Of a DNA stretch of 64,000 nucleotides, positions 23,581 through 37,900 are shown piece by piece; position 1 is the stretch's first letter; every line of letters begins with the position of its first letter. The position numbers and the translations under genes were made by a program. Origin of the DNA: Torpedo marmorata (lineage: Eukaryota); the NCBI GenBank assembly GCA_977017645.1, contig OZ360239.1, forward strand, positions 29,202,001 to 29,266,000, in the 5' to 3' direction. Below the pieces are notes generated by a model that saw nothing but the letters and a program-made list of their open reading frames with translations, ran no database searches and was not told the DNA's origin.

Positions 23581-23905
23581 AAAAATAAAAAATAAAAAAT
23601 TCCTTTGGAGATGCAGACCTCCTTCCTGCTCCCATTGGTGCCTTACAAGTTCAGATTCGGCCTGTATTTCACAGCACTCGTGAGAGTGATGCCCAAAGTT
23701 TACCTAAAGTATTAATTTTTATGTTTTTACATTTCACCCTCTGCGTAATTAGTAACACAGATGAAACTACATCATCAAGCCTCTACTGCAATGGGTCATA
23801 TTGTCTAACCTGCTAACCCTGCATCATGCAAGGTTACCAGCCATCCAGCCTCCCTCCTGTTCATTCCTGAGGACAGCGTTCAACTACCCTATCCAGAACC
23901 CAATA

Positions 23906-24575
23906 CGGTAAAACCCCCGGTATCCGGCACCTATAGGGATTGGTAGATGCTGAATAAGTGTACTTTCCGGTTGCGTGAGACTGCCCGTTACAATGCCTGA
24001 CTAATACACCTGCATTAAGAATAAATAGTTTAAAAGACAAAAGACAAAGATAGTATACTCTACTTAGACTGAACAAATTTCACTTGCTTGAATATATAAA
24101 CATTAAAGCATTTTACTTTATTTTAAGTCACATTCTTTGAAATCATTTAACCGTCACTGCATCTGCAGGTTCCTCCCCCTCCATGGAGCTGCCTGAAAGA
24201 CCGAACCCCCCCTCCCCCAAGTTTACAGATAAAGCTTCTCACCGGGGTGACTCAGGGATAAGGAGATACTTTAAGAGAGTCACCCCAACGGCAAGCTGTA
24301 TCAACCAGCTCTTCATCCTGAGTGACACCATTGCTGTTTCACACAACTTTATTCAAACAGCTGTTACGAGCAAAGCACAACCAAGGCACTCCGCTGGCTG
24401 AATATTTGCTCCCTTCTTCCCCAAAAGTTCATGTGTTACTTCAGAGAACATTTACTTTTACTATTTTAAACGCGTATTTTTTTCCTATTTATTCTTATTT
24501 ATTTTAATTTTTTACATTTATTTTCCTTGATTTCTTTGCTGGTTGTTTGAATTCTGGAATTCAGGAGTTTTACTG
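23906..24575. mobile_element. Tigger-type non-autonomous element
   Basis: TA|CGGTAAAACCCC…GGAGTTTTACTG|TA. Confidence 0.8.
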
Positions 24576-24583
24576 TATACCCG

Positions 24584-25555
24584 TGTGACAGAATTGTGCT
24601 ATTATTAATCTTTAGTTATAAAATATATTATTTTAGTAAAGTTATTTTGTGGGTTGGATACAGGGACACACACAAAGACACTTATACAGAGAAACCATTT
24701 TGGAGAGAGACGTGTGTCTGCTATGGACAGCTGAAGCAGAGCAATAAAAACTAGAGTGATTGTCCATTGAAATATTGAAGACAATACATGTTTGTTCAGA
24801 AAGGCACCTGTGTACACACAAAGCCATCTGCTTGTGGCCTCAGCAGACAAATCGGAGGCATTTGCTCGTAAACTTTTGGAAGAGAGGAACTTCAAACAAA
24901 ATCAGCAGTGATGTCATGTCATGTGATTAAAGACACTTCAAGAAGGCATCTTTAATATTAAACCAGTCTTCAACTGAAGTCAGAAATGCAGTAGCCTTCA
25001 GTGAGAGAGGTACTGTTGTGTTGTTCTTCCTTTGACAGGGAAGAAATACAGAATCAAGTGGCTTTGGAAGAAAATGTCCACTTCGACTGTCTCTGTCAAT
25101 AGAGGGCAGTTTTGCATAACCATTTTGATGGTTACTTCATTTAACCCTTGCCTGTGTTTGTGAAATCATCATGGAAAACACAAGTTCTGAAACCTCCATG
25201 CAAGAGGGGAATTCGTGAAAAAGTCATTCGTATGAAGAAATATTTCTCTGAAAGCAAATCTACAAGAATTCGTGAGTTTGAGAACTTTTGAACAGCAGTT
25301 TAAAGATTCTGAGTTTCAACACAAAAGATTTCTAAGACTAAACTTTAAATTTGAATCATCTCTTCAGAATTGTGCCTAAACTGTAATGGTTTGTTATCTG
25401 CCACACACACACATATTTATACATTTGTGCATAGTGGGGTTAAGTTTAGAGTTAAGTAAGATTTTATATTATTAATAGTTATTAATAAAAAAAATTTTTT
25501 TTGAAGATACCATTGTCTTGGTGAATTTCTATTGTTGCTGGTCTATGTCGTAACA
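24584..25555 (+). mobile_element. Probable solo LTR (Gypsy-like, ~970 bp)
   Basis: TGTGACAG…CGTAACA termini (TG…CA); flanks CCCG/CCCT (3 of 4 match); AATAAA about 70 bp before the 3' end. Confidence 0.65.
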
Positions 25556-25999
25556 CCCTGCCACTGCAGCAGTCTTAGTAAGTTACTGCAATCCCACTCT
25601 CCATCCTGTCCACAATTTGGTCACATTTTTAGTGCAGCTCACTCCATATTTTAGGAATGGCCTTGTAAGATATACTGCATAGTAATCCTATAAATTCTCT
25701 GCCCTTAAATCTGATCAAAACTCAAGTTCTGAATTAAGTTAGACAAACGAACTTTTAATGTACAAGTAAATTTAGGTTGCAAACTTGCTCAATGTATCTA
25801 GTAACATCCAAATGAAATTCAGCTAAAAGAATACACGATTCTGTGAAGATGAACCGAAAGCAAACACAAACACTGGCATAATTACTCAAACAAGCAACTT
25901 AAAAACATGATTACAACACACAGTATTTTTCTTTTTTAATTAAAAGAATCCTTGATTTAGTTAAAAGAATTGTGCAAATTTAAAAATTTACAACTTCAA

Positions 26000-26250
26000 G
26001 GACGGCACGGTTAGCGTAGCGGTTAGCACAACGCTATCACAGCACCAGCGACGCGGGCTCGAATCTGCCGCTGTCTGAAAGAGTTTGTGCATTCTCCCCA
26101 TGTCCGCGTGGGTTTCCTCCGGGTGCTCCGGTTTCCTCCCACGATCTAAAAAAAATGTACGAGGTTTGTAGGTTAATCAGTGTATTTGGGCAGCAAGAAC
26201 TTGTGGGCAGGGAAGGGCCCGTTACTGTGCTGTATTTCCAAATTAAATTT
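26000..26250 (+). mobile_element. V-SINE (HE1-like)
   Basis: tRNA-like head and V-domain GTGGGTTTCCTCCGGGTGCTCCGGTTTCCTCCCAC. Confidence 0.9.
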
Positions 26251-26907
26251 ATTTTTGGTTTTTATGTGTGCTTTTAAAAACAAAATTATGAACCTTTAGT
26301 GAAGAAGGGGACAAAAACTCAATAGTCTGTCTGTATGCCCCCAACCAAGCCATCAACTTGAACGTTGAACTTCACAGTAGTGGCTGGCTTTCTCAACAAT
26401 TCCTTTGATGTTACCTCCAAAGCTAGAGATCAAAGATGTAGAGTGTGGTGTGGGGAAGTCCCAGGCTCTTAGGCTGCCAAGCTGTGATATATGTAAAACC
26501 CAAGCCAAAAAGTGAATCCTTGAAGGGGTTAGTGTTGAAACAGTCCAAAGGGGATCGGTGGAAATTAAACAAATCCAAATGTTTTCTATCTACGGTAATT
26601 CAGCAAAATTATTTCATCTTCCCTATTTTAGTTTTCAAATGAAATTGGCTCAGATCAATCTAAATACACACTCCCCCACACTTTTGGACATAGGGATGCT
26701 ATTACTCTGTAGCTCAAAAAGTTGGAGAGCCATTTTTCTACTGTCAGTGTTTTATAAAAATTGTGTACTAATCTGTTTTCTAAAATCAAGCTCTACTAAG
26801 TGTTATGAGGGAACAAAAGCAACAGCAAAGTTCAACATGTGTGAATGCCAAATGAATCAAGCTCAACTTTCCTGACATTGCCCAGCAGTCTAAAACACGA
26901 TCTCGAT

Positions 26908-27140
26908 CAGCCATTCTCAACAGGGGCCATACAGTCCCTCCCACCCCCTGAGGGTCAAACCACATTTGAGGGGGGCTACAGACTGAAATGATAAAATATT
27001 TTTAAAATTTTTTTTTTTTTTTTTACGCAGTTGGTAGGAGAGAAGTACGGAAGGTACCAACTAAACTTGACTGCTTCACAGGGAAGAGTTTGAGCAGAGT
27101 CCTAAGGGGGCCACAGCCAAAACAAGGTTGAGAATGGCTG
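26908..27140. mobile_element. hAT (Charlie-type) MITE
   Basis: Perfect 14-bp TIRs CAGCCATTCTCAAC / GTTGAGAATGGCTG; 8-bp flanks ATCTCGAT / ATCTAAAT resembling the NTCTAGAN target. Confidence 0.85.
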
Positions 27141-28327
27141 ATCTAAATTATCAGTAAAATCATTCTTGGGGTTTTACAGCAAGTTAATTCATCTTGCCAC
27201 AGTGGATAAACAATGTTATTTGCCTCAATGCACCAACAATCAGTCTTTTTTGCTGGAGGAATCAGTGAAAAGACACATAAATGCAAGCACATGGATCTTC
27301 TTTTATCTATTTTTAATACATTTATAGACTTGCGTGGATCTCAATCGAACACTTTTTAAAGTGTTAAGAAAATGGCCACTTAATTAAAGGAAAAAGTGCA
27401 CGACCTTTCTTGTAGATAATTAATTACCAGAAAGAGCAAAAACTCTGTCCATCTAAATTCTTTTTAAATTGTTGATCGCAAGTTGTGAATTGAAAACTTT
27501 TACTAATTTGTTTTATGCTGCCTGATCACTACTGCTAAGGCTGACATTTATTGCCCATCCTTTACTGTCCACGTGACAGGGTGGCGATTCATTTTCTTAG
27601 ACCTTTGCATTCATTCCAGTGAAGGTAGCCCCACCGTGATGGTGGGTCTTCATCAAGAGCCGCAGATCTGGGAGCTGCTGTTGGAGTAGCTTTAGGCAAG
27701 TAACTGCAGTACATCCTGTACGTGGTACACACTGCAGTGCTGGTGGTGGAAGCAATGAGTGATTGCAATGGCTGGTGAGGTGCAAATCAAGTGAACTCCC
27801 TTACCCTGGATAATATGAAACATCTCTAAGGCTGTTGGAACGCGACTCACACATGGAAACGTAGAGTATTCCATCTTTCTCCTGACTCGAACTTGTAAAT
27901 GCTGGAGAGGATTTGAATCTCTCTTTCAAGGACAACCAGCCCTGCCCTGCCCCTTGTAGCCATCTTTGTAGTTGTTCCAATTAAGTTTCTGTTTCAAACA
28001 GCCCTTTAAAAAATTGCTGTCTGCGAATAGAAAGCCCAATACATTAGAATGGAAAATGATCGTTCAGGACACAAGCACAAAATAATCAGCAAGTGTGATT
28101 AAGTAGCATGCCTGGAAAGAAAGCATACCAATCCAGAGTGCCCTGATTTCCACTGCTTGCACAGAAAAGTTTGCACCATTCAATACATTTTTGATCAAGG
28201 ACCATATTTACAATCTCAAGACTAGCCTCACCCATTTAAAATAACCTAACATGCCGTTATTCTACGGCATTACTCCTACTTGAGCCCAGGCGATACTACC
28301 AAGCCCTAAGAGCCTGATACACCCATT

Positions 28328-28562
28328 TTTAAATTTTATGTTCAACATGGAAAAAGCAGATTCCGACCATTTAAACCCGTGCCAGCCAATTACACCCAAA
28401 TTAACCTGCAACCTCGCAAGTTTTTGGAGGTTGGGAGAAAACCGGAGCGCCCGGGGAAAACCCATGCAGGTCACGGGGAGAACATACAAACTCCTTTCAG
28501 ATAACGCCGATTCGAACCCGGGCCACTGCCGCTGTATTAGCATTGCATTAACCATGCTGCCC
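28328..28562 (-). mobile_element. V-SINE (HE1-like)
   Basis: Reverse-strand head, V-domain and tail. Confidence 0.88.
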
Positions 28563-28705
28563 AATTTTGTGCCTCTAACTTTAGAGAGCCTGATGGGGCT
28601 GGGATTTGGTTCATGAAAACAAATGGATCTGCAGATGCTGGAATCAAACCAAAACAGAAATATCAGAAGAACTTAGCTGGTTAGGCAGCATCTGTGGAAA
28701 GATTA

Positions 28706-28950
28706 AATTTAATTTTTTTTAATTTTAAATTTAGACATACAGCATGGTAACAGGCCCTTCCGGCCCACAAGCCCATGTCGCCAAATTATCTCAATTAACC
28801 TACAACTCCTGTACGCTTTGAACGCTGGAAGGAAACTGGAGCACCTTGAGGAAACCCACGCAGACACGGGGAGAATGTACAAACTCCTTACAGACAGCAC
28901 TGGATTCGAACCCGCGTCGCTAGCGCTGTAATAGCGTCGCGCTAACCGCG
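28706..28950 (-). mobile_element. V-SINE inserted into a Penelope pLTR-derived repeat (28615-29000)
   Basis: The host reads CTGCAGATGCTGGAATC…GGCAGCATCTGTGGAAAGA before the SINE and resumes …AATGTTTTGGTCAGTGACCCTTCCTCAG after it. Confidence 0.85.
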
Positions 28951-31900
28951 ACACGAAATCAATCAATGTTTTGGTCAGTGACCCTTCCTCAGAACTCCAG
29001 GAAGACTGGAGAATTTGTAGTTTTCAAAGCAGAGCTTGGGTTGGGGTGGAGTGGTAGGAGGGTAAAGGGTGAAGCGCAAGTCAAAAACCACATGAATATA
29101 GGTTCAAACTGTCCTCCATTCTTCCCCTTGTTCGGAGGAAAGGTCGCTGACACGAAACATTCTGTGGTTTGCCTTTCCATGGATCCAGCTTGTCCACATG
29201 GACAAACTGGGCACGTTTCCACACTGTAAAACGATGCGAGACTCTATGAGATGCTGCTCAACTTGCTGAGTTCTTTCTTCCAACATGCCTGTTCTTATTT
29301 GGGATTTAGCTCATTTACTTTTTCCTTAGACACCACAAAAGAATGCATGGGAATTTCCATCACAAGATTATCTCAGCAGCCTTGCAACGAGGAAAGTGCT
29401 CATTTAAAATTGAACCATTGGCCCCATTTTTATTTCCAATTACTTTGAGACAGTTGCCTAACTCCCTGTAATTCCCTTACATGCCATCAACCCAGTTATA
29501 TCAGCCCAGTTATCTTCAAGTCCCAGTTATGTGGTAGCAGCTCCCAGTGCCACCTTCGAAATTGGAAACTCGATATATGTGGAAATCACAAGCACAGCCT
29601 CAAAATCCATCAGCCCTTGCTGATGAATAAAGTAACTTCCAAAATAAAGCAGGAAAGAGAAGACAATATAAAGTCACCCTTAGTGACTGCTGCCCTGCCC
29701 CTCCGAATCACACGAGAGTACTAGGCAAAGAGCTTCCAGTCCAGATCAACAGGATTGTTTTTATGCACCCTAAGACAGGACCAGAGTTTCTCAGTCTAGC
29801 CCCATCCCTGGAAGAGTGATGTGGCCCATTGGTAATGTTCTGCACTTTCAACCCCAGGGAGGTTTTTAATTATTAGCTGACCACCTGTTGTCCTCCCAAT
29901 GATATACAAACCTAATTAACTTTCAAGAAAAATGCCAATCAGAACCAAGAGAGATATTTTTAAAATAGTAGCAGATGATCAAAGATTGGATCACGGGTGG
30001 TCAAGTCAATGATTTTGAATTTGAATATTCATAGTGACTGATTCCCTTACATGCCATCAGCCCAGTTATCTACAAGTCCCAGTTATGAAAATGCCTTCAA
30101 ATCAGGTGTATGGGGCACTTGAATATTCAATGACCAAACCGGAGGGAAATGTCAAAAGAATTATGAACAATTCAGAGCTTTTAAGAAAATACACAGTACA
30201 AGTTAAAGGAATCTCAAGTCCTCATTCACCACCCCCTTCATCTGACCAATATTCTGCCCTTTTCAATTTCTCAGGACTGGTAGACTGTAGCTACTTTATT
30301 CAAGACACACAGACTGGCCTTTCGTAGAATGCATTTTTAGAGTTACAACCCACATCACTGCGATTGTTGTCAGAAATTATCCCACAGGATTTGTAGCCTG
30401 CAATTTGTCTTGTACCAACAGCCCAATTAGTACAGCTGATTAATTTGAAGGCAAAAGCATTTTGTTCTCTTGAAGGTCTACTTACCCACATTCTCTACTG
30501 AAAGAATGCTCTTCCCAAACAGAAGGCCCTTCCCACCTACCCACATATCGGCCCCAGTCACCATTCTGTGAAAACTTACCAGAAAGGCAGATTCTCCAGG
30601 TTCCACCCCCCCCCACCTCCTCCCCATAGCTTCAAGCAATAGAGTTATATTTGCAAACAATTATAAAAGGAATCGCTTTTTTTAAAGTTAAGAGCATATT
30701 TTAAAAAGCATGAGGCTGAAGATGCAAGTTTCAAAGGCAGAAAACTAATAAAACAAAAATCTTGAGTTTATTTGTTTTCTGTGAAAGTCAAGTTTACAGC
30801 ATTCTCATCAATACCTGTGAGGCACAACTCTCATTTCAAAATCAGTATTCTTTCTGAAAGCAGTTGATACTGACACTAATTAACACGCATAACGGGAAGA
30901 GGAAATTACATTCAAAATACCAGGCATTTGAATTTTTAATAGTCCTTCATGAAATGAAGGGAAAAAAAATTCAGAAAGTCGCCAGCACAATATTGATTGG
31001 CTACGAAAAGTGTGAAGAAATAAGCTAAGGAAAACATTAGTTCTGGAACCAAAGTAGTAACCTAATTTCCTGTTAGTCTGCCTGTCTGACAGCCATTTTC
31101 ATGAGCACAAAGGCAGTATTTAGTACAGGAGAGTTAGGGTTTCTGGTCACTGAACTAGACTGTAATGAATGTTAAAGGTGATAGATTTTATCAAATTAGC
31201 TTAATCAAAATTTTGAATAAAAGCTAACAGGCAGGGTAGTTTAAAACACTCCTTGGTCCCTCTTTGGAATAAGGTTACATGTTTAAGAAACTAAATTTAG
31301 TACTACATGAAAAAAAAAACACACATGCCAGGCATATCCTTTGGTAATGCATCATCACTAATACATCTTCCTGCACTACATGGCTGAACACTTCACAGAA
31401 TTTGTTAATCACAATGAAATCTCCTGTTTAATAGAATAGAATCTGTTTTGTTTCTCCAAATCGACATGTTGGACCTCTTCAGTACAGTTTGGTAGTACGC
31501 TCACGCTACTGACATGTTAGGAGGGGGCTCATTGCAGATTTATTTTGAAAGAGCTTAATTGATCTTTTTGATAGACCTGAAATAAATCAAACTAGACTGA
31601 TTCACATGAGGACAGAACCTAATCCTGCAGTCAGATCCATGTGAACAAAAACCAAAACAGCTGTTAATTTGGGCTTTATAACATAAAGCACAAGGAATCC
31701 CAACTGATGTCAAGGAAAGCAGGGCTTCAGGTAATATCCGCAATAATGAATCCACTTGTGAGAATTCAGTGCAAATACACAAGTCAACAAATTTAATGAA
31801 AAGAGAAGAAACAAAAGTAAAAATTATTCCTCTTTTCTTTAAAAAAAAAACTCAAGGGTAATGCAACATCCAACAGCATTCCGCTATCTAATTTTAATGG

Positions 31901-34900
31901 CACATATTAAAGTAAGTGATGAACTGGTGCCCAGCCATAAGAGGTTAATTCTTATTAATAAGTAATTATTTGACCATCTCAACTCAGCCAGGAAACCTCC
32001 AACTCAGCAAGTTTTAACAAAAGATCCATTGAAAGGCACATTGGAAGCTGCAGTTTTTCAACTCTCACTGACCTGGAAACTGTCTTTCCATTGTTACAAC
32101 CCCAATCAGAGTCAACCGGCAGCAACTTCTGGCACCCACACACATGAAATACAGTAAAGTATAGAAAGCTGCAAGTTGCTGTCAACCATAACCTACTTCC
32201 CCACCACCTCTACAAGAGCGCCTCCCGAAATGCTATTTACACAGAATCAGCTACTACTGTCCAGACTTTCAACATTTTGCGTCTTACTTATTGCAAAATC
32301 CACAATTAATTGCAAATCAGTGTTTAATGACTACCAAGTTATAATTGCTGTGATAAACTCATAAGTGTGAAACAACATTCCTTCCATTCCATGTTAAAAA
32401 TCCCAACACTTATTAAAACAAAAATTCCTACGATATTAGAATAATCCCACAATCATGTACACATTTCTATCTTGCTTTCAGTCGCTGATTGAAAGTCAAC
32501 TAAATCTACATCCACTTATTTATTGCCAGTGAGAGCTGTCAATGCTTGATAGCTTCATTACTCCTGGACATCACAGGTTCCCCATAGATGGCACATGTAT
32601 GAATGTCACCTCACTAAATGGAGTGGCATGGGTTTGGGGTTGCAGAGAAATAGATCTTCAAGAGCTTGGTAAATTGTTATGGACATCGTTCTTCAAGGTC
32701 ATTGATGAGCTGACTGCATTAATTTGAAAGTTAAATGTTGAAATAGCAAGAGCTGCCCTCAAAGTTCAATCAAAAGGCCATGTACTTGCTTGAATTATTA
32801 GATAATTCCAGGGCCTTGCAAGGTTGCCATTTGTTGATTCTAATGCACTATGCAGCAATTAGAATAGATTTTATTGTTAGTTATCTAACAATTAAAAATA
32901 AAACACCTCAAAAACATGTATTAGGTTAAAATAATCCAAATTGCATTCAGTGTGTTATTTTAAACTAGTAAATGATTTCTAAAAATGGGAATGGGAATTC
33001 ATAAATTTTAGGTTGCGAACTTCCCACACAAACAAGACTGAGATGATACATTCTTGTAAAGATCGAGTTATAGACGTAAATTGTCAGAATATAAATCTAG
33101 ACTGCAGAAAGAGTGGCATTCCTCACAGAGACTGCTCTCAGCCGAATTCATTGAATCAGTCTTCAAACAGAACAAGCAGTATCTCCAGCACTGAGCACTC
33201 ACTGTTAGCAAACTCGTATTGCCCAGTATGTGCTTCTAATGACTAGATGGCAAATACCTCTTGGTTTGACTACGTGCCAGGTAAATCACCATAACTAAAA
33301 TTCAATCCCTCTCTGTGATGCTACGATAAGAACAGGCAAGCAAGACCATTAACTCTTTTGCTACAATTTAGCTATATATAAAAAGAACCATAGTAATTCA
33401 AAACTAGATTATCCTTCCAAGTTTCATAAAGGTGGCTTTTATAAATAACCAAGAGGAATTTGGTAGCTTAACTTGGCAGAACACATGGAATCAAAATGCA
33501 ACTACTTTTTTTTGTTTTAAAATGTTGTATAAAGGATTTCACTTTTTTGGACCACACGAAAGAAAGCTTTGCCCAAAATTTTCTTCAACAAATCACTTCC
33601 ATCAGCTCCCTGTTATTACTTGAAATATACCTCTGTGCCCTGCAGCAACACAGCCTGGCCAAAAATCCAAATTATGTTTAACAATGAAGAAGAATGTGCA
33701 TTAAATTTTGTAACAATCTTTGCATTGGAGCACTAACAACACTACACTATCTGCCGGTCACACTCCCGGGGCTCAATCTCGCCTTGCAAATTCCAATGGG
33801 AACGTGTACACACCACTGCTACGAAGCACCAGTTGCCAACAGCCTCTGTAAACAATTAGGGAAAAGGTTCACAATTTACGAGGCCTCAGGTCCCCAGCAA
33901 CAATTCATAAATCACAATAAATCATAATCTGGTCCAGATTGCCCCTGCCGCCCTGCCAACAGCTATGAAGTAAATAAGATCTTCCTGCGCCAGCTTGAAA
34001 CACAGAAAAGGATCTCAGCAATGAGCTGGGACACGATATTAACTTGAGCACAGGACTGGAAAACCAAATAAGCAAATACAAATGAAATCAGCCGTTACTT
34101 TTTGCCTAAATAAAGCTGCTCTCCCAACACAGGCCCTGAACAAGGTTGAAAATGATGGAATTGCAGTCGGAAACTGCAATGCCATGATTCAATATTTCTC
34201 TCAAAATTGTGCGCATAAACTTTGAAACAAACTGTATGAAACAATATGCATTTGCTGTATGAAACAATATGCATATGTTTCACACTGCAAATGGTAAACT
34301 ACCACAAAGGAGTTTCTTTGTTTTTGCAACAATTTCCTAAAAATCTTCCATTAACAAATATGGATATAGAAGTTCAACCCAATTCCAGGAAAATCATTTC
34401 ATTCAATCAAAGGAATTATGAAAGCCAAGGACAAAGTGAAGATTTTCTGAAATAGCAAGACTTGAATCAGAACGGGTGCTACTTTTGTTTCCGGCTTCTA
34501 TATTTCATTATTCCATTACAATGCTCCCATTAATTTTATGTTTGCTTCTTTTTTTTTTTTTGAGAGTAGCTATTTATCAAGTTCTGTTTCTGCAAGTCTA
34601 CAAATAAGGCAAAAGTTTTATCTGTATGTAAAGTTAAAAATTCATAAATCAAGAGAATGACTACCAAAACAATTTGGGGAGGGGAAATTAAAAGTTTGTA
34701 TCGCAATGGCAGCTCACATCACACTGTGAAAAGTAGCCCATTGGGAATATTGCCAATCACTATTGACAACATAAACACTGTCACACACAGATTTCAGGAT
34801 CATACACAAATGAGAGATTAATTAAGAAATACTAGAGGCAAACAAATGCACAAGCTTTCAACAGCGTATGTACACACATACATTAATGCTTCCTGTAAAC

Positions 34901-37900
34901 ACAATTCCACTGGTGCTGAGAAAACACAAATGACATGCCTGCTGGAATGCAAATTTCCTTCCAAAATGAGACCCAAGCTTTTCTGAACTTTCTTTTGGTT
35001 CCTTGACAAGACATTCAAGCACTTACCAATATTTGCACAAATACAGTCAAAACTAAATTAAGCTCAGAAACCAAAAGCCCCAACATATCAGAAAGTCTTA
35101 AAACATAGCAAGAACATGCCATCCTTATAAACAAAGAAATCTTAAAAAGGTGTCAAAATCTCAGAGCATCAAATGGACATTACACACTCAAATTATCCCG
35201 ACAAGCTAATGTTGTTTGCAAGTTAAAATTACGGTTGTTTTTTTTCAATCAAAAACTTAACTCAGCACATTTTCGATTTAAATAACATTTTTAAAAAGTG
35301 AGTACCGTGTAAATATACCTCGTTTACAGTTACAGAAGATTCAGCGCCACACTTTCACGGGTAAAGAAAGTTGAAAAGAAGTGCCAGAAGATCAAACATT
35401 CTCAAAAAAGGTATTTCTTTTGTATAGGTTCTTTATTCTATTAGTATACCACATTAAAATAATTGAAAAGGAAAAAAATGGAAAAGCTTCAAAATGATGG
35501 CTCAACTTCATGCCATTAAAAAAAAGTACCGGTATCTGTCCTGCAAAATACAGAACTCCAAAAGACACGTTTTTTCATTTAGACCATATAACAGTATCAG
35601 GGTAGCTCAGTGGAAATATCATGAATTGACGTGGCCTCATTTTATTGATGCACTGACCCCATTATCATGTGGTGACAGTTTAAGTTTGAACTCATCACAT
35701 TGCACCTTTAAGAAAGGCTGACTGAAAACAGACGATCTAATTAAGCTGTAGCAACAGTGGCCAACAGCAGAAACCGGCAACTTTTTGCACGGTCAAAATT
35801 TATGTTAAAGAGAGGAACCACATTAATAAGGTCCAAAATGAGTAATCAAGATCAACAGACTGCACTTTACACTTGAAACCGCAAACCAAGCCTCTAACCA
35901 GAGACAGTTCATATGAATTCTAAAACTCACACACAAAGCCATGTATGCTGAAGCAGAGGACAGTAATGAGCTGAGCAATTTGAAATCAGAAACCTGCACA
36001 CATTACATTTGTGGTTTCAAACTGTGAACGAATTCTCTTTTTACTAAAACCACTTATGTTCCAAATTTATATACTGGGTTGATCTCCCCATGACATATGC
36101 CTAAATAGGTGGAGGTTTATTTTCCGCCCCCACCCCCATTTTGTTATTTGACTCTTCTACGAATATGTTGGCAGTTTCAGGAAGGACTGGGATTGCGGAA
36201 ATGCAAATTATTTCCATCTTTTTATCTCTTCCTGAGAGGCATAGAAATAGGCAGGTGGAACGTAATGGGCAACTACAACCATTGTTCGGGAGAGGGCAAA
36301 TACCAAAAGTTTTCTAATATTTCAACCAAATACAGACAACAAAAAAAGTTACGTGGCACTGCTGAGAAAGAAATGTACAAGTTGCAAGGTTAACCTTGTA
36401 TGCCAATAAATTATCAGAAATGCATGCAAGTTTTAATAGTTTTTTTTACATGTAGAATTTTCCCTGACAACTTCAATTATTTGCTTCCAGCCAGATATCA
36501 TCCTGCTAAAAAAGCAGCCAACTATGCCATTAACACGAGAGATTACTTCTCGTGACGTGCATTTCAAAATAACTTAAGAAAAATGACATTTCTCACATTA
36601 AGCACAAAACTCATTTTTGATTTCCAAAACTATAAGCTTTTTTTAAAAAAAAGGAATGGGGGAAAACAATTATCCAAGCACTCAATGCTTGTTGGAGAAG
36701 AGGCTAGTTTTTCTGCCCAAGGTAGCTCTTGTAGCTGTGCTTACACTGCATTGCTCCTACAGTATTAGTTAGTACATCTTTTAGCCATTTGAGCTCCCCA
36801 AACCCATTTGTACGAGCAGCTGTAATAGTGCACCTCTCTGCTGCTGTCCCAGCAAGACACAGCCAACATCTGCTTCAGCGCATCCAATCACTCTTAGCAC
36901 ATCCATCCCCCTTTGACTAATGTGCACCGACACTCGTATATCACCTGCAAATTGGCCCAAATGAATTAACCAGTGCTCTGCTTAACATTACGAGATTTAA
37001 ATGGATTTTTTCTCTACAGGTCTCCTCAATAATTGCATTTATCCATCTTGTTGAAATACAGTTTACACTTGCTAACATCATTCCAATTCAAGCTACATTT
37101 TCTGCTCCAGTGGCAGGAACACAGGAGATTTGTCATCATATCATAACGGGTAATTCAAACAACAATTAGTTCTATGACTGCCCGTATGTCAACATCTGCT
37201 CCAGTAAGTGCAGCTTCCGTTCCCCCATACAGCTCGCCAAGATGAATTGTGTTCACTGGTCTTCGATTTGGATATAGGCTTAACAAGTCAATGCTTCAAA
37301 AGGTCATTACACATTTTTTTTAAATAAAAAGTGGGCTGCTAAAAGATATTTTTTTTAAATGGGCCAAGTACTATCAGTTTAATTAAAATGCCACATTACA
37401 CTGAATGTTATTAAAACTAAGATTCAAAAATGGTGTTCTGTTCAGGAAAATAGCTACAATGTTTATTTTGTACTAGTTTTAGTCTGGAACTTTCTCATTC
37501 AAAAACAAAATTATAACTTTGGACCAGATTTCTTTTGCTGTATAAAAGTATCCTCTTGATTAAGAGACTACAATAAAGGAAAGAGTTACAACTATCCTCA
37601 GCAGTACATTAGAAAGCTTTTTAATCTAATGCAAATACTTCACTTGAAAATCACAAGTTGGTTTTTAATGACATTTAAGCCAGTAAACAGCACCAACTCC
37701 AATGTTTAAAGCACCTACCCAGTGTTCCATGTGTTAGGTTCCAAAATAAACAAGAATACAATTGATGAAACCCAATGCTGGTCCAGGCAATGTAAAACAG
37801 AAACAGAACTGGTAATGAGCACTGCCAGACAGCTGAAGTCTCGTGCAGAATTGCTAGGAGATGAGTTCTTATGTATTTAAAAAAAATAGAATGGAACAAT

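Noticed and set aside
55-28950. tRNA-like A/B-box sequences as tRNA genes
   Set aside because: All are SINE heads followed by the V-domain and a LINE tail; none forms a complete cloverleaf.
30478-30600. Two consensus-like GTAAGT donors on the gene strand about 95 bp apart
   Set aside because: No convincing acceptor or polypyrimidine tract, and no TCF-like peptide in the implied frames.
34165-34225. Faint minus-strand resemblance (TGCGCACAA…ATTGAA…ATTGCAGTT) to the mammalian 69-nt alternative TCF7L2 exon as I recall it
   Set aside because: It needs a gap, breaks the frame and has no GT donor after it; probably chance. A pairwise alignment would settle it.
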